Shown piece by piece: positions 1 to 13,215 of a stretch of DNA of 64,000 bases (the first letter of the stretch is position 1; the number at the start of each line of letters is the position of its first letter). Made by a program: the position numbers and the translations under genes. Origin of the DNA: Adineta vaga. Taxonomy: Eukaryota > Animalia > Rotifera. The notes under the pieces are model-generated. The model did no database searches and was not told the origin of the DNA. It worked only from the letters and a program-made list of their open reading frames with translations. The stretch spans positions 4,340,001 to 4,404,000 of the forward strand of contig CP075497.1 in assembly GCA_021613535.1 (NCBI GenBank), given 5' to 3'.

Positions 1-705
1 GACGAAAATTTGAGTTAGAAATGACATTGTATGATATTGTGAATTTCTAAATAAAAAAAACAAATGGTAAAGCACTTTGATAGTTATGAAAAGATGAAAT
101 GAGAAAAACTTGTCAGAAAAGACAGGTTTAATTATGCATAAATGTATGATATAAATTGTTGAACTGTGACGAAGATTTAATGAATACTATGTATAATTTC
201 GTCTAATCATCTATTTATTTATCTTCTCTATCGACACTAAACATTCCATATGTCAATTTGAAACGAAAACAATGTAGATAAATATGATTGGTGTGGTCTT
301 GTTTTTCTTATGATGATTTCAAAAATAACAGATATATTACATGATAAATAATGGGTTTTTTATTACCTTATTTTTGACAGACTCGTTTACGAAACTAATA
401 ATTACATATCTTTCTATCATTTATTTGAATTAACCAGTTGATAGCGTTTATATAATATGAAATATTTCTCATCAATACTGCAAGCTCTATAACAGTAAAA
501 AACATACATATTCACGGTAAATATTTTTAAGCTGTCACGGTATCGATCGGAATTGGGAAAACCTAAACTCCGTAAAGGTAGATAGCATTTTTCTATTTCA
601 TATTCATTATTAATATTTTCCAAGTCAAACTAAGATGAGATTGTTTAGACTGTATCCAGTTGTTTCTAAACTATGATTTTTTTCAGATAAAATTAACTCA
701 TTCAT

Positions 706-1577
706 ATGAAAACCTTGATTATTTTGAATTTTGTGTTATGTTCTTTGGCGATTTCATCAAATGCAGCCCGATGTGATATGAAACTTGATAAACGAGCATT
801 AGTTGGAGGCATCAACCTATGGCCCGAAGGAATTGTTCCTTATAAAATCGATTCAGAATTTTCAGAAGATCATAAACAATCAATTGTAGCTGGCTTGGAG
901 GAAATTACGACTAGAACAGAGAATTGTATTCGTTTTGTTGAATACACTGAAGAACATTCTAATTGGGTAAATATTGTTGATAAATCTGGGTATGTATCCA
1001 AAAATTGATTATTCGGTGAAAAGTTTAATTTACAACGTAATTCATTTTGTTAGATGTTGGGTTGATACTATTGGTATGAAAAAGACACCTGGTTCTCAAC
1101 AACTCTCGCTTCATCATAGTGGCTGTGTGACAAGAGATACAATAATACATGAAACTATGCATGCACTTGGTTTTAATCACGAACAAATACGTACAGATCG
1201 CGATCAATATGTAAAAATTCTTTATGAAAATATTGACCCAGGTATGATATTGAATGAATTATCAATGGTCATTTTGAAAAGAAATTTTATTTAGATTTCT
1301 CATCTAATTTTGATAAAGCTCAGAATACAGGAGTAGAAATTCCTGAATCACCATATGATTACAGTAAGTTAATTAAATGATGAATACTTGATAGTAAAAT
1401 TAATCGTATTTAGTGTCTGTTATGCATTATTATTCTAATGGTTTCTCTCTCAATGGTCTACCTACAATAACACCTGCTTTGAAAATTCAAAGAAAATGGC
1501 GATATAAGATGGGTAGACCATCAACCGCTTCTGATGCTGATATTTACAGAATTAGGAAAGTCTATGGTTGCATTTAA
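706..1577 (+). CDS. Astacin-family (M12A) zinc metalloprotease, secreted, 4 exons
   Basis: Signal peptide, WPEGIVPY, zinc motif HETMHALGFNHEQIRTDRD, YDY-SVMHY Met-turn; short GT-AG introns; TAA at 1575-1577. Confidence 0.93.
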
Positions 1578-1675
1578 AATAAAAACTTTTCTCTTATAAG
1601 GAAAAATATTAGTTAAAAATCATAATTAAACATTTTTTATCTTATAAAAATAAAATAAATTTGTTTCTGATTTGT

Positions 1676-2584
1676 TCATAGTAATTGCGGAAGAATTTGT
1701 GCAGCTGGACCATGAAAATGATGACTAAAATGAAATGAATAAAAAAGAAAAATAAACGTTGCAATTGATGTTGTTATTTCAATATTGATTTTAACAACAG
1801 GAACATTTCTATCAGCAAGAATTGATGCGTAACCAGCTGCAGGATAAACAACACATGATGTTCCAATCTGAAAAGAAGACAAACTTACAACTAAAAATAA
1901 GTCACATAATTGGACTTCTTTATCAATTTTTTTCTAAAACATCAGACCAAATTTGTTCAGCAAAAACCAAACAATATGTGGACGAAGAAGAGATTGACAT
2001 TTATGACAACGTGAAAGATCTGTTTCATCTTTATTAAACATGCAAATTCTAATTATTATTTTATATTGAATAATTTCAATTAATCTTCGATTTCTTAAAG
2101 ATTCACATATTGGACTTAAATTATTTTCTCCAACTAATAAACACGAAGTACGACGAACCATAAAAAGATTTCGATGAATTTCAATTAAATTTTATGACCC
2201 AGCACGATAATGAAGTCTTAAAAGAAAATTATTTCAAAAGAAAATCGATCGAGTATTTACCATCAATATTTTGTTTAATAATATGAAATCTTTTTTTCAG
2301 CTTCTGCTAAAGCAAAATGGGTCTAAAAAGAAAAGAAATGATTTCATTTATATAAATTCAAAACAGTTCTTCACCTCGTTTGGTTCTTTTGTTCAAACAA
2401 GCGATGGTGAACGAGAAAATGCTGTTGGAGTTGGTAAAACCGTCGCTCGACATTGTCTTCAAAGTCCTTCAGCATCACGAAATGTTGGAATACTTGATTT
2501 AGCTGATAGGCCAGCACCGGTTAAAACAAGAACTGACCGAACGTTTGAAAATAAACGAAATTCATTAATTTTTGCACTCGTCTG
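1676..2584 (-). pseudogene. SIRT5: SIRT5/CobB-like (class III sirtuin) pseudogene retaining introns
   Basis: Minus-strand segments in the correct order: LTGAGLSAKSSIPTFR, QNIDG, IEIH, LLRPHIVWF, IGTSCVVYPAAGY, HFHGPAAQILP. In-frame stops (GL*R, SLV*, GS*N), frameshifts, and loss of the EFYHYRRE segment. Confidence 0.88.
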
Positions 2585-4239
2585 AAAAAAATACCTCTAA
2601 CTCAATTCTAAATTAATCGTTTTTCTTTAACATACTGTTGATGTCATCCTCCCTTTTTATCCAAAAAAAAATTTATTCAATTAAAGATTATCTTGTCTCT
2701 TTGGAAATCATTAACGAAAGAAAAGAGTTCGACATACTGTTTTATAACCTTTATAAGAAGAATATATAAAGATCTCGAAAAATTTGTTTCAGATTTGGAA
2801 ATATTTTGTAATCAAAAGAGATCTCATAATTAATATCATCGTATTATAGATTTCAATCAATTATTGGTTGACTTTTTTAGTCGGTAGAAAAAGGAAAGAG
2901 AATTCTTCTTTCATTCACACTATAAAAATAAAGAATCCATTGCAATCGACCAATATTTAGCGCCATATACTAACATAGAGGGTATATGCATACTGTTCTG
3001 GAATATGGCGAATTTTTTTTTCGAAAAATCCGTTATTAATTAATTGAAATTATTTTCCAATCATTCTACCTCTATTTTCTTTATATATTTCTTCATATTT
3101 AAATGGAAAATCAATCGGATAAACATGAAATTACCAAAGTTAGTCATTTGATTTTTCAATATATATTCTCGTATGCTCTACCAACAGTGAGTTATTTTTT
3201 GTCCAAAACTAAGAAGAAATAATTTGTTTATCATTCTTTCATTTTTTCTGGATCCTGGTGCTTATATTTCTGATCTTAAAAATTTATAAGTTTTTTCTTG
3301 GCCACACAAATGGAATTTATATTTTAATAGTAATATATGACATCGTTTATGCTGTATATTTATTTACAATGATTGTAAATAAATTTTATCAGGTGTACTT
3401 GTTGAAGATGAAAAACACAGTTTATCCTAATCAACAAAAATATCTATATAGCTGTACAGCAAGCAGATTTAATGATTCTATATCAATGTCTTTTTTTATC
3501 TTATAGGAGTTATTGATTCGATCTATGATAACGATTATAAATGCTTTTATTTTTGTCCATGTAATATATGAAAAACACGCATTTGAAATCGTAAGTGTTG
3601 ATGTAATATTATTGATTTTACTCGTATTTGTTTTAGATTTTAATGATTCCTATTTTTCTGTTATGTGTTCTTGACTAATGTTGCTATAAATTGGTCATAG
3701 TTAATATCAATAAAACTCCAGTCATTCATTTAACTACTCATCCTGCAACTGAAGGTCTTCGTGAAGAAAATCCACTGATAGAAATGCATCCAATTTGTCT
3801 TGAACATTTAGTTAGATCACACAGTACCTGAAATCAAATTATTGTGATAAATGATAAACATTTTTTTTAATATTTTTTGTCAGATACTGATGTTATACTT
3901 TTTCGAAAAACAGATCTTTAGTTTATTTGCTCATTTCTGATTTTGGATATAATTATTATTTAGTTCTACATATTATCAGTAAAGAAAAGATACAAAAAAG
4001 GACGATTTCTATTTGATCAATATATAAAAGTAATAAACAAAAGAAAACATTTCTATATTGCTAATATATAGAAAAAAACTAAAAATATACGTATCATCAT
4101 ATAGTAGAAAAGAAATAAAATAATAAATCTTTTATTAGCTAAAAAATTCGAAAGTACAAAAAATACCAAACCTAGAAAAAGTCAAGTTATTTTTTGAATT
4201 GAAAGAGAATGTTGAATTATTTTTTACTATGGTTTTTAG

Positions 4240-4579
4240 ATGAATACTGAAGAAGTTCAGGTAAATATATTATCTGCATCAAATAAAAGAATCTGTAAAT
4301 TGTATTCACCGTGGTCTATTCGAGTTCATCCATTAGTCTTTATTCCTTATTGGGTTATTCTTTTTGCATTAACAATTACCATATTTCATGGTTTAATAAA
4401 TTTCATTGTAAGTAGATGATCTTTATCAGCTAATAGTTATAATTAATATTTTAAATAATTTATAGAATACAACAAATAATCCAACACGATTATTATGTTA
4501 TATTTTTATGTTTATCATGGTATTAGTTTTACTTCCATTGATGATTATTCGTATCGTCGAATACTTAATAGATATGAAA
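4240..4579 (+). CDS. Possible small two-TM orphan protein (first two exons only; 3' end unresolved)
   Basis: ATG after an acceptor-like ttttag; two hydrophobic exons joined in frame across a gtaagt...ag intron. Confidence 0.35.
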
Positions 4580-6300
4580 GTGAGTAGATATTAAATTTGA
4601 TATACTTTTATAGTTACATAGATTTCTACCTGTCTGTTTCTTTTCCCTTTGCATAGTACAGGAAACGAAATGAGTTTTTGTCAAAGAACTCTTCATAATA
4701 GCAAATTTTTACTTTTATTATCTGTTTTTATTCGACTAAAACTAAATCGATACATGTATAAATAAGACTTTTTAAAACCAAATGTTTATTTTCACTATTC
4801 ATCTATTTCTTTATTTGAAATAGAAGATTATTAGTAGAATACAATATATCGTATCACACTAAAAGCATTGATGATAAATATTTGATTCTTTTTCCAGTTG
4901 AGTACACTATTTACGTGATTTTTTTAAAGGATTATTTGAAATTTCAAAACATTTCTTGTCTTGATCTTAATATATACAAAGAGGGAGGGACTAAAAGTGA
5001 ATATTGAATATTGGAAAATCAAAGTCTTCTGATTCTTTGTTCTGTATAGTTGATTAAGATGAATTTATATTATTTACTTATTATAATTTACTTTTTAACT
5101 AGACACTTTACCTCGATAACAACAGATCTTCGAATTTAACAGATATTGAATATGAACGATTATCTCTGATCTATATTATTAAACCTTATCTTCAAAAATT
5201 TAAGAATTTTATTTTTTTGAAATTTAAATATGTATATAAACAGAATGAAAATATTGTTTCTGGTATTAATATTGTTTAATAATGTTTTTTTTATGTATAT
5301 ATATATATATTTGTAATATTTGTTTCTTCGTCAATTAATGTAGGTTGTTCATTTTTTTTAATCAATTCAATTGGTATTTGTAATATCTTGATATTCAATA
5401 AAATACGATCTTTAAGAGAAAGATATATATTTATTGAAGAATACAGAGAGAAGAAAAACAGCAAGTAGAAAGAACAGAAAAAAGAAATATTGAATTATTT
5501 TTTACTATGTTTTTACTAATTGCTTGATAACAACGTTTCATTCAGTAATTTATTCAAACTGAAAATAAAGCTTTGTTTGGCGAGTGATTTAAGTTGTTTT
5601 AATTTTCGACATAAAAACTAATGTATGGTTTATAAAAAGATACTTGTTAATTCCTGATTCTAATGATAGCTTATTTGTATTATATGTGCACTATAGCTAA
5701 TAAAAGATAACGTTTTTTTTAATATACAGATGAAGCTACATAACCAAATATGAGTTGGGATATCATATGACTGAGCACACTCATATATAATGAATTTCAA
5801 GAAAAACTGATTTTCTAAACAATTTAAATTTGACAATAAAAATAAACATATTTTTAAAAACTATTTTCGAGGAAAAGACATGATGTAACAAATACAAATC
5901 CACCAATTGAAATCCGTATTGTTCGACGTTATACTTCACTATTTCAACTAAAGATAAAGAATAAAGAAAAATTAATTATTTCGAAATGTAAAATTATATG
6001 CACTATATCCTTTATTTTGAACAAAATTTTTCATAACTTTTAATAAATGTAGAGCTACAACAATATCTGGATGATAATCAAATATCCTCATAATGGAAAT
6101 TATATATATATAAAGTTTTGGTCTTTTTATTTGTTTGCTATATGCTCAATTTTTCAGTGGATCTCTAATTTTTTGACAGATATCACAAATTTGGTACTGA
6201 TGTTTATCTTCAGAACATGTGAAAATCTAAAAGATACTTTGAAATTTATCAAATGTTTCTTTGCGCCTTTTCGTTCATTTTGAATAAACAAAGAAAAAAA

Positions 6301-6711
6301 ATGACAACTATCCAACGAAAACTTGGCCGTCGATATCAGAGATATATCTCAGCAAAACAGATATTTGAAGATAAAGAAGATGATCCGAAGGAGATTTGGG
6401 AACGAATAATAAAAATGCCAGATATTCTATCAGCAATGGCAATTGATATTCAAACGAATGATATATTTCCATTGTATGGTTTAAATAACATAACTCGAAA
6501 TGATTTGAATATCTTTTGTCGAGAATATATTGAAATGGCAATTGATTTTTCTTTAAATCTAAATCCGATTGATGATGTCAAAGTTTTACGTTTAAGAAGT
6601 CATGAACGTGAAATTGTTATTACATACGATGATGGGACCATTTTTGTTATTGTACAATCATTATCCAAAGAAAAACATATTATGTCACCAATACTTTCAC
6701 TCGATCTCTAG
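6301..6711 (+). CDS. Roadblock/LC7 domain protein (divergent dynein light chain roadblock-like), intronless
   Basis: C-terminal LNPIDDVKVLRLRSHEREIVITYDDGTIFVIVQ resembles roadblock DP.[21 protein letters not shown].LIVIQ. Confidence 0.7.
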   Translation: MTTIQRKLGRRYQRYISAKQIFEDKEDDPKEIWERIIKMPDILSAMAIDIQTNDIFPLYGLNNITRNDLNIFCREYIEMAIDFSLNLNPIDDVKVLRLRSHEREIVITYDDGTIFVIVQSLSKEKHIMSPILSLDL

Positions 6712-7221
6712 TATAACTCTATGAATATGACATATTTTTCTGAGAGTTTCCATATATTTTGATTTTGCACTCGAAAATCAATCTTACTTATTAATGACAT
6801 ATAAGGCGGATAATACTTTCTCAAATATAGATTTAAAGACAAAAATCTATCACTGGAGTGAGTATTGGTCATAAGAATAAATAATACAGCAACGTTTTGG
6901 ACGAGATATCACTTATAATCATCCTGATAAACGATAGTACGCTATTGAATATTGATATTCTATTATCATAAATTTTTTCGTGCAAAAATGTTACGTTATG
7001 AAGGTTGACAGAATAAGTAGGGAATGTGTTTTGATTTTGATATGTTACATTTTATCTGATAGAATAGAAGTATTAAATGTCAATTTGCTGGAGGAATAAG
7101 AAGTAAGCAAATAATACAATTTTTAATTGAAAAAAAAACAAGTCAAATAAATAAGAGCCTTACCTTTTCTTTGTTGTTAGAAGAGAAACCATTTGAAAGT
7201 GAAAGTCGTTGATTATTTCCT

Positions 7222-9461
7222 ATGATGATGTATCTTTCTAGCACTATTTTTATTATCGCTTTTGTTTGTATCTCAAATTTTTGTTTTGCTACACCACTCG
7301 ATGATTATGTCAATACACCTGATCCAATGTTCAGTTGGAAACGTCTTCAAACTTATTCATTACCAACTTACACAGTTTTTATATTGAATATGACATCACA
7401 ACGATGGTTTGATGGTAGAATTAGTTTGTTTAATGGAATATTCAATTATTTCTCGTTATTATTTCATAGATTCATTATCTTCACAATCGATTTGGTGGCA
7501 TTATATGGCTATTACAGTTCCACGAAATGTTCGTCGTTATAAAACAGCATTTCTACTCATCACTGGTGGTGATAATACTGATCCGTAAGTAAATGTATTC
7601 CATTTGATTTAAACAAACGTATAAGCATTAGTTCGGAACTATTTTAGAGTACCTACAAACAATCCAATGACATCTCTGGCAATAAGAACAAGTAGTATTA
7701 CAGCAACAATTTGGCATATACCAAATCAACCATTTCGTTTTTGGGTAATTGATTTGTTTTATCGTGCGAACTATCATGATAATGAACCATTATCGATAGG
7801 CTGATCCATTGAATAAACTTCGCGAAGAAGATGCATTGATTGCTTGGACATGGAAAAGATATCTAGATACGAATGGTGTTGATCCTACTATACTTCTTCG
7901 TTTTCCCATGACTAAAGTAGAGAGAAATAATATTCAACAAATCATTTTTTTAATTCTCATCCTGTTGATCAACAATAGGCAGTCGTACGAGCAATGGATA
8001 CTATTGAACAATTCTTAAAACAAGAACGTATTACGGTACCACAAGAATTCGTTATTGGTGGCCTTTCAAAAGTCAGCTGTCTGTTCATATACATTTCATA
8101 CTTATATTGTAGATCGTCTTCTTTTTTAGCGTGGATGGACGAGTAAAAATATTATAAAAATTATATCTATGTTCTACTTTTAATTTTAGCATGGACAACG
8201 GCTGCTGTAGATAATAAAAGAGTTGTAGCTGCAGTTCCAATTGTTATGGATTTACTCAATATTCGACCTGTAAGAGAAAAAAAACTTAACTATAAGTCAA
8301 TCTTGATATTTCGTTCTTTTTTTCCATAGAATATGATGTCACATTATCGAGTAGGTGTTTATTTCATTGATAAGAATACCATTTCGTTTTCTAATAGTCA
8401 CTTGGTGGATGGACATTTGCATTTAATGATTATTATGAAATGAATATTACTCGTTATATGAATAATCCTCTACTTGATAAACTAGCTGATATGGTAGATC
8501 CATATTGTAAGATATTGATTAGCTTATTTGATTATAATTTTGATATATCTACTTTTTTCAAAGCGTATCTGGATCGATATAATAAAACAAAAATCTTTCA
8601 ATTGCAAGGTGCAGGCGATGAATTTTTTCTACCAGATGGCGAAGTAAGATTCTCTTCTTCATCTAATTTGTATCAATGAAACAATTGTTAGGATTTCTTC
8701 TGGAATGATTTACAAGCAGCTACTGGTGGATCATACTTAAGGTAAAATAAAGTTAAATTATGTGATCAATCTACTTTTCAAATTATTATTAGACGAATAC
8801 CAAATACTGGTCATAATATACAAGGATATGAAGATAGTTTAGCTAGCTTCTATATGAGTGTGGCAGATGTAAGTTAACGTACTAACGACTAAGTTTTATT
8901 GATAATTTACAAATATAGAGAGTACCATTACCATCTATGAAATGGACACGAACAGTGAATGACACACATGGTCGTATAAATGCTGTCATTGATTTTAGTT
9001 CAGGAAAACCAAAACCCACAACTGTCACTGCTTATCAAGCTCGTACTACTGATACATTGCGGTAGGATTAGGAAAAGAAAACTTTTCATAGAAATCGTTT
9101 AGATACTTTCAAAACATATAGACGTGATTTTCGTCAAGCAAAACTTGATTTAAGTAATGGAAACATTGTCGCTAATCCTGTTGTATGGGCAAATACTGCT
9201 GTTCAGTTCGAAGTTGTATCAGAAACCTTTCTTTATGAATAAATAATCGTTATTTTCTAGGGACAAAGTGGCTCAACTGCATCGTATTCATTGACAATTC
9301 CTATTCCATCCGATGGTTATTGGTTAGCGACATTTATTCAAGCTACATTCTCCGGTCGTCAAGATTCAATATTGAGTTTAACCACAGAAACTTTATTTTT
9401 ACCAAATACTTATCCAGTAAAAGAATGTGTCGATCAAGAATGCTATGGATCACTTGTTTAA
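7222..9461 (+). CDS. PqaA / AprA-like secreted alpha/beta-hydrolase family protein, many exons
   Basis: Signal peptide; TPLDDYV, LNMTSQRW, WWHY, EDALIAWTW, FPMTK, GGLSKRGWTTW, VPIVMD, VDPY and GDEFFLPD motifs. Confidence 0.85.
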
Positions 9462-10994
9462 TTCGTCATCGAACTATCAATAAAATATTTATTAGTAGAT
9501 GGTTAATGGGTTTTTTAAAAATGAAATAAATACAAAACAATATATAAAACGTTTCCAAAAGTTGAACGTGGGTAGAAGAACTTACATCTCAATCTACAAC
9601 ATTACAGGACGAGAGCATCTCTGCTAGTGCTGTGCACCCTTAAAATCAACTAGTACAAAGTTCAGTTGTTCCATTTCGCAAGATTTTTAGCCCTCTTGAG
9701 CTATTTTATAATCGTACAGGATTAGTCTTTTGAAGTATTTCTGATTGATATTTCGATAAAAGAAAATATGTCTTTGGTTTTGTTGGGTAGTAGTGTGTAG
9801 TATTACAGAACAAGTAATCGTTTTACTGAAACTTGAAAGAAATATGAATGTGAAAAATATTTTGTCGTTTGGTGCAAACAAACAATCCGACGATCAGAAA
9901 GTGTTTTTTTCTTCACTTTGACGTAAAATGCGGTTGGAATCGGCACGTTTTACCTGTCAACGCTTTTTGTGCGCTTATAAGCAAACGGGTTTTTTTCATC
10001 CAGATTAGGAGTGAGTTCTTGTTTCGTATAAGCTATTAAAAAGAAGTTATTCGTTTGTCATAAGTTATTCTATTTAAATATACTCATATATTGTTTAATG
10101 CTGTTCTAATGAAAGAAATTCCGTATTATGAGTGTCCAATACAGATGACAAAATGTTTATGACACGCCTAATCATTGAGTTTTCAATACAAAGTGCAACA
10201 TTTGATCAGTGATATTCATCTTTCAATTATTTTGGCGCTCGCTTTTCATTATATATTCTAAAATTTCTGCCATTTATATAAACGTAAGATGGCATGCTCA
10301 GCGTAGGTACAATACAAAACAGAAGATAACGTTGACTCGAGCTTTTTTTTCTCGTACGAATGAATTTAGACCGCAGTTATTGTAGCATATACCACTATAA
10401 TAGACATAAAATCTTTTGTGATATTACGAACAGATTGTAAAACTTTCAACCTATGAGAATAAATTTAATCCAGGCGAAACTATTTGAATAGATAGTTGAT
10501 AAGGATTTCTTTTATTAAATATTAACATCATTGCTTGTTACTTTTCTTATGAATGATTCTCCTTCAACATTTTTTTTATTTTAATATTGTTCTATTTATT
10601 TTTGACACACATTCATCGTTTATTTTCAAATAGTTTGAATAAAAAAGAAATTCAAAAAGCTTTTCTGTCCCTCTTAACTGTGTCGCAATAGTTTAAAATA
10701 AAATTGTTTCTTATAAATTCAAGTGTTCGAATATTCGAGAAGATGACGACATCTCAAAAACAATATTAAAAATTGTACTTCCAGCTTTATTCTATGGTAT
10801 CTTATTGAAATCTATCTGATTCAAAATTAATTAAAGCACTATATACTGTTGTTTAAATCAGTAATGTTGCTTTAGAAGAAAAGGTATCCATCAACTCCTA
10901 TTTTCTGTTAAGATCGACTGTGATAACGTAAACTGTAAGAGGGAAAACTGTTTCTAAGCGCACTTCATTAACTAGTACTGAAAAATATATTGAA

Positions 10995-11660
10995 ATTTAA
11001 TTCAGCAACAATCTGCCGATCTTGAAGATCCTTACAGTAACAGGTTGGAAGAATATGATGGAGAAGAACGAAAGAGCAACAGCAAAAGAAAAGAAAGAAA
11101 GAGGTGAAAAACATACAAGGGCAGAGAGAAATTCAACATTGACAATACTCTTTGTATCTAATTCGTATAGAGAGAAAGCGAAAGTTTTGAGATCAAACAA
11201 CACCAACAAGCAAAAGTACCAGAGAAGAAACGAGAAGAAGAGGAGAAATTAGAATGTTTCAGGGAAAGCAGCATGAGTTGTGGTGTGATTAATGAATCGC
11301 TTAGTTCTATGAACTTCTTTAACAGGACATTTTCTGTCAAGCCATATCTCACGGAAAAAATTCAAATTGGCTTGTTTGAGAACAAGTCTACCATCAGTCG
11401 TATCCGAAAGCGTAGTAAAAAAATTCTCCCAGTAAATCTTACATCGGTCTTCGAGTGATTTTTCATTTAAAGCATAGGCAACGAATTCGTTGCTAAAGTG
11501 CATACAACGGAAGACCTTCTGATGCAAACGAAGTAAATATGTTTCAAGTCCTGCTCTTGTTTCACAGTAAATAAAGGATATATGAGGAATAGCCAGACAG
11601 ATGAAGGATACATATGCGAAAAGAAAACGATACGACGTAGTGCGAACGATATACAGCTGA
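10995..11660 (-). mobile_element. 5'-truncated, frameshifted non-LTR retrotransposon remnant (ORF2 C-terminus plus 3'UTR)
   Basis: Intronless and more GC-rich than the flanks; WLFLIYPLFTVKQ...SLEDRCKIYW...DGRLVLKQANLN.FR.IWL resembles the post-RT tail of bdelloid LINE-like ORFs as recalled; frameshift near 11517; boundaries approximate. Confidence 0.55.
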
Positions 11661-11804
11661 ATAATCGGAATTAATTAATTAATTAATGCGATTCTTTATC
11701 TAATCTTAAGTTTATATGTCTCAATTAGCATACCAAAACCGATTTTGAGTTGATTGATTTTTTTCTTAATCTATTGATTTGATTTTTTTTTGGAAGTTTT
11801 AGTG

Positions 11805-12762
11805 ATGAATGCTAAACAAAAAGGTGTGTTTGCTACTTTCTTCGTCATCGGCTTGTTATCTATGATTTGGTTATGGAAATCTGACACAAAAGTAATTATA
11901 TTCAAAGAACAAACGACAACAACAACAACTACTATAAAATCAGTTTTCAAGAACACATTAAATGTTGATCCTACGTGGATAAGCCAGATTCCAGACAAAG
12001 AATTGAAAATTTTTTCACAAAATGGTGAAGATGGAGTACTCTTATGGATATTTACTAATATTGGTACTGTTAATTCACCACCGCGTTTTGTTGAATTTGG
12101 TACTGAAAGTGGTAAAGAATGTAATACACGTTTTCTTCGACAACAATTAGCTTGGGAAGGTTTGATGATGGATGGAAGTCACGATATTCCATCAATAAAT
12201 CTTCATAAAGAAAAAGTTACTCCAGAAAATATCAACATATTATTAGAAAAATATCAAACACCACGTTTACTTGACCTTCTATCTATTGATTTAGAGTATG
12301 ATTTTTTAGTTTCAGTTTGATTAATCATAGTCGCATTCTATTGATGTTGTATTTAGTTTTGACGATTATTTTGTTTGGAAATCCATTCTACAAGCAAATC
12401 GCTTTCATGCACGTGTCATTACCATTGAATACAATTATGAAATTCCGCCTAATGAAAATCGTCTTGTTGATCCTAAGCAAGACGCACGTCGATGGACAGG
12501 TACGAACCATTTTGGTGCGGGAATTTTAGCCATAGCAGCACTTGGTCGGATGTATAATTACACATTAGTATATGCAGATAAAAATGGCGTTAATTTATTT
12601 TTGATTCAAAAAGATATACTTGTAAAACAAGGAATTCTTGATAAAATTCGATCAGTTGCTGAATTGCATGTTGCAAAACCTACTACCGGTTGGAAACATC
12701 CTCAAGATCCTGATAAAACACGACGATGGATATGGAATGATACTATCTGGATACCCGACTGA
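11805..12762 (+). CDS. Type II membrane FkbM/Methyltransf_21-like SAM-dependent methyltransferase, 1 intron (12296-12356)
   Basis: N-terminal TM plus Thr-rich stem; SQNGEDG, FVEFG, DLLSIDLDFDDY and IEYN motifs; splicing restores the frame into ORF 12550-12762. Confidence 0.8.
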
Positions 12763-13215
12763 TTACATTTTTATTTATTATTTGAATGTTTTAGAATTGA
12801 AATAAAATCGTTATGATAATTCAAGGACATTTTGTTCTCATGTAATATAGCGGCATCTAATATGTTATTTTTACTCTGTTGATGTGAAAAGTCATAGTTA
12901 CCTGATAAAATATGGCTGGTGATGTGAAAAGAATTGCAGAAAAAAGAGATTCTTTTTCTTTTCAGAAAACCATCGACGGAAAATAGATACCGCGTTTTAT
13001 ACTTGGATAGTTGGAGAAAGAGAAAAACACATAAACATACTAGATCATGCAACGTTTTGAAAAAGAACGCAGCAACCTCAGCCGTGAGGTACACTTTTTT
13101 TTTATAGATCGTCAAAACAGAAAAGAAAACGTACATCTCAATGCCAACAAAACTGACTGTGTTTTTCATATGTTATATTTCTGTTTATAGATAAAACCAA
13201 TTAGTAATTATATGG

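Noticed and set aside
2374-2470. TGA read as Trp or Sec in the SIRT5 exon (alternative genetic code)
   Set aside because: The same gene has a TAA stop, frameshifts and a deletion, and neighbouring genes use TGG for Trp and TGA as stop.
2961-3010. Imperfect inverted repeat cgccatat...atatggcg
   Set aside because: Could be a MITE relic, but no TIR/TSD boundaries are identifiable.
4207-5516. Duplicated ~30-bp sequence ttgaattattttttactatg at about 4213 and 5490
   Set aside because: Short and low-complexity; insufficient to call a repeat element or gene duplication.
10125-10145. Tc1/mariner-like terminal motif gagtgtccaata
   Set aside because: No matching inverted partner or transposase found.
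12771-13169. Many short antisense or intergenic ORFs in the track (e.g. 12771-13169, 44191-44505, 49759-50181)
   Set aside because: Low-complexity F/K/I-rich translations of UTR, intron or antisense DNA with no motifs.
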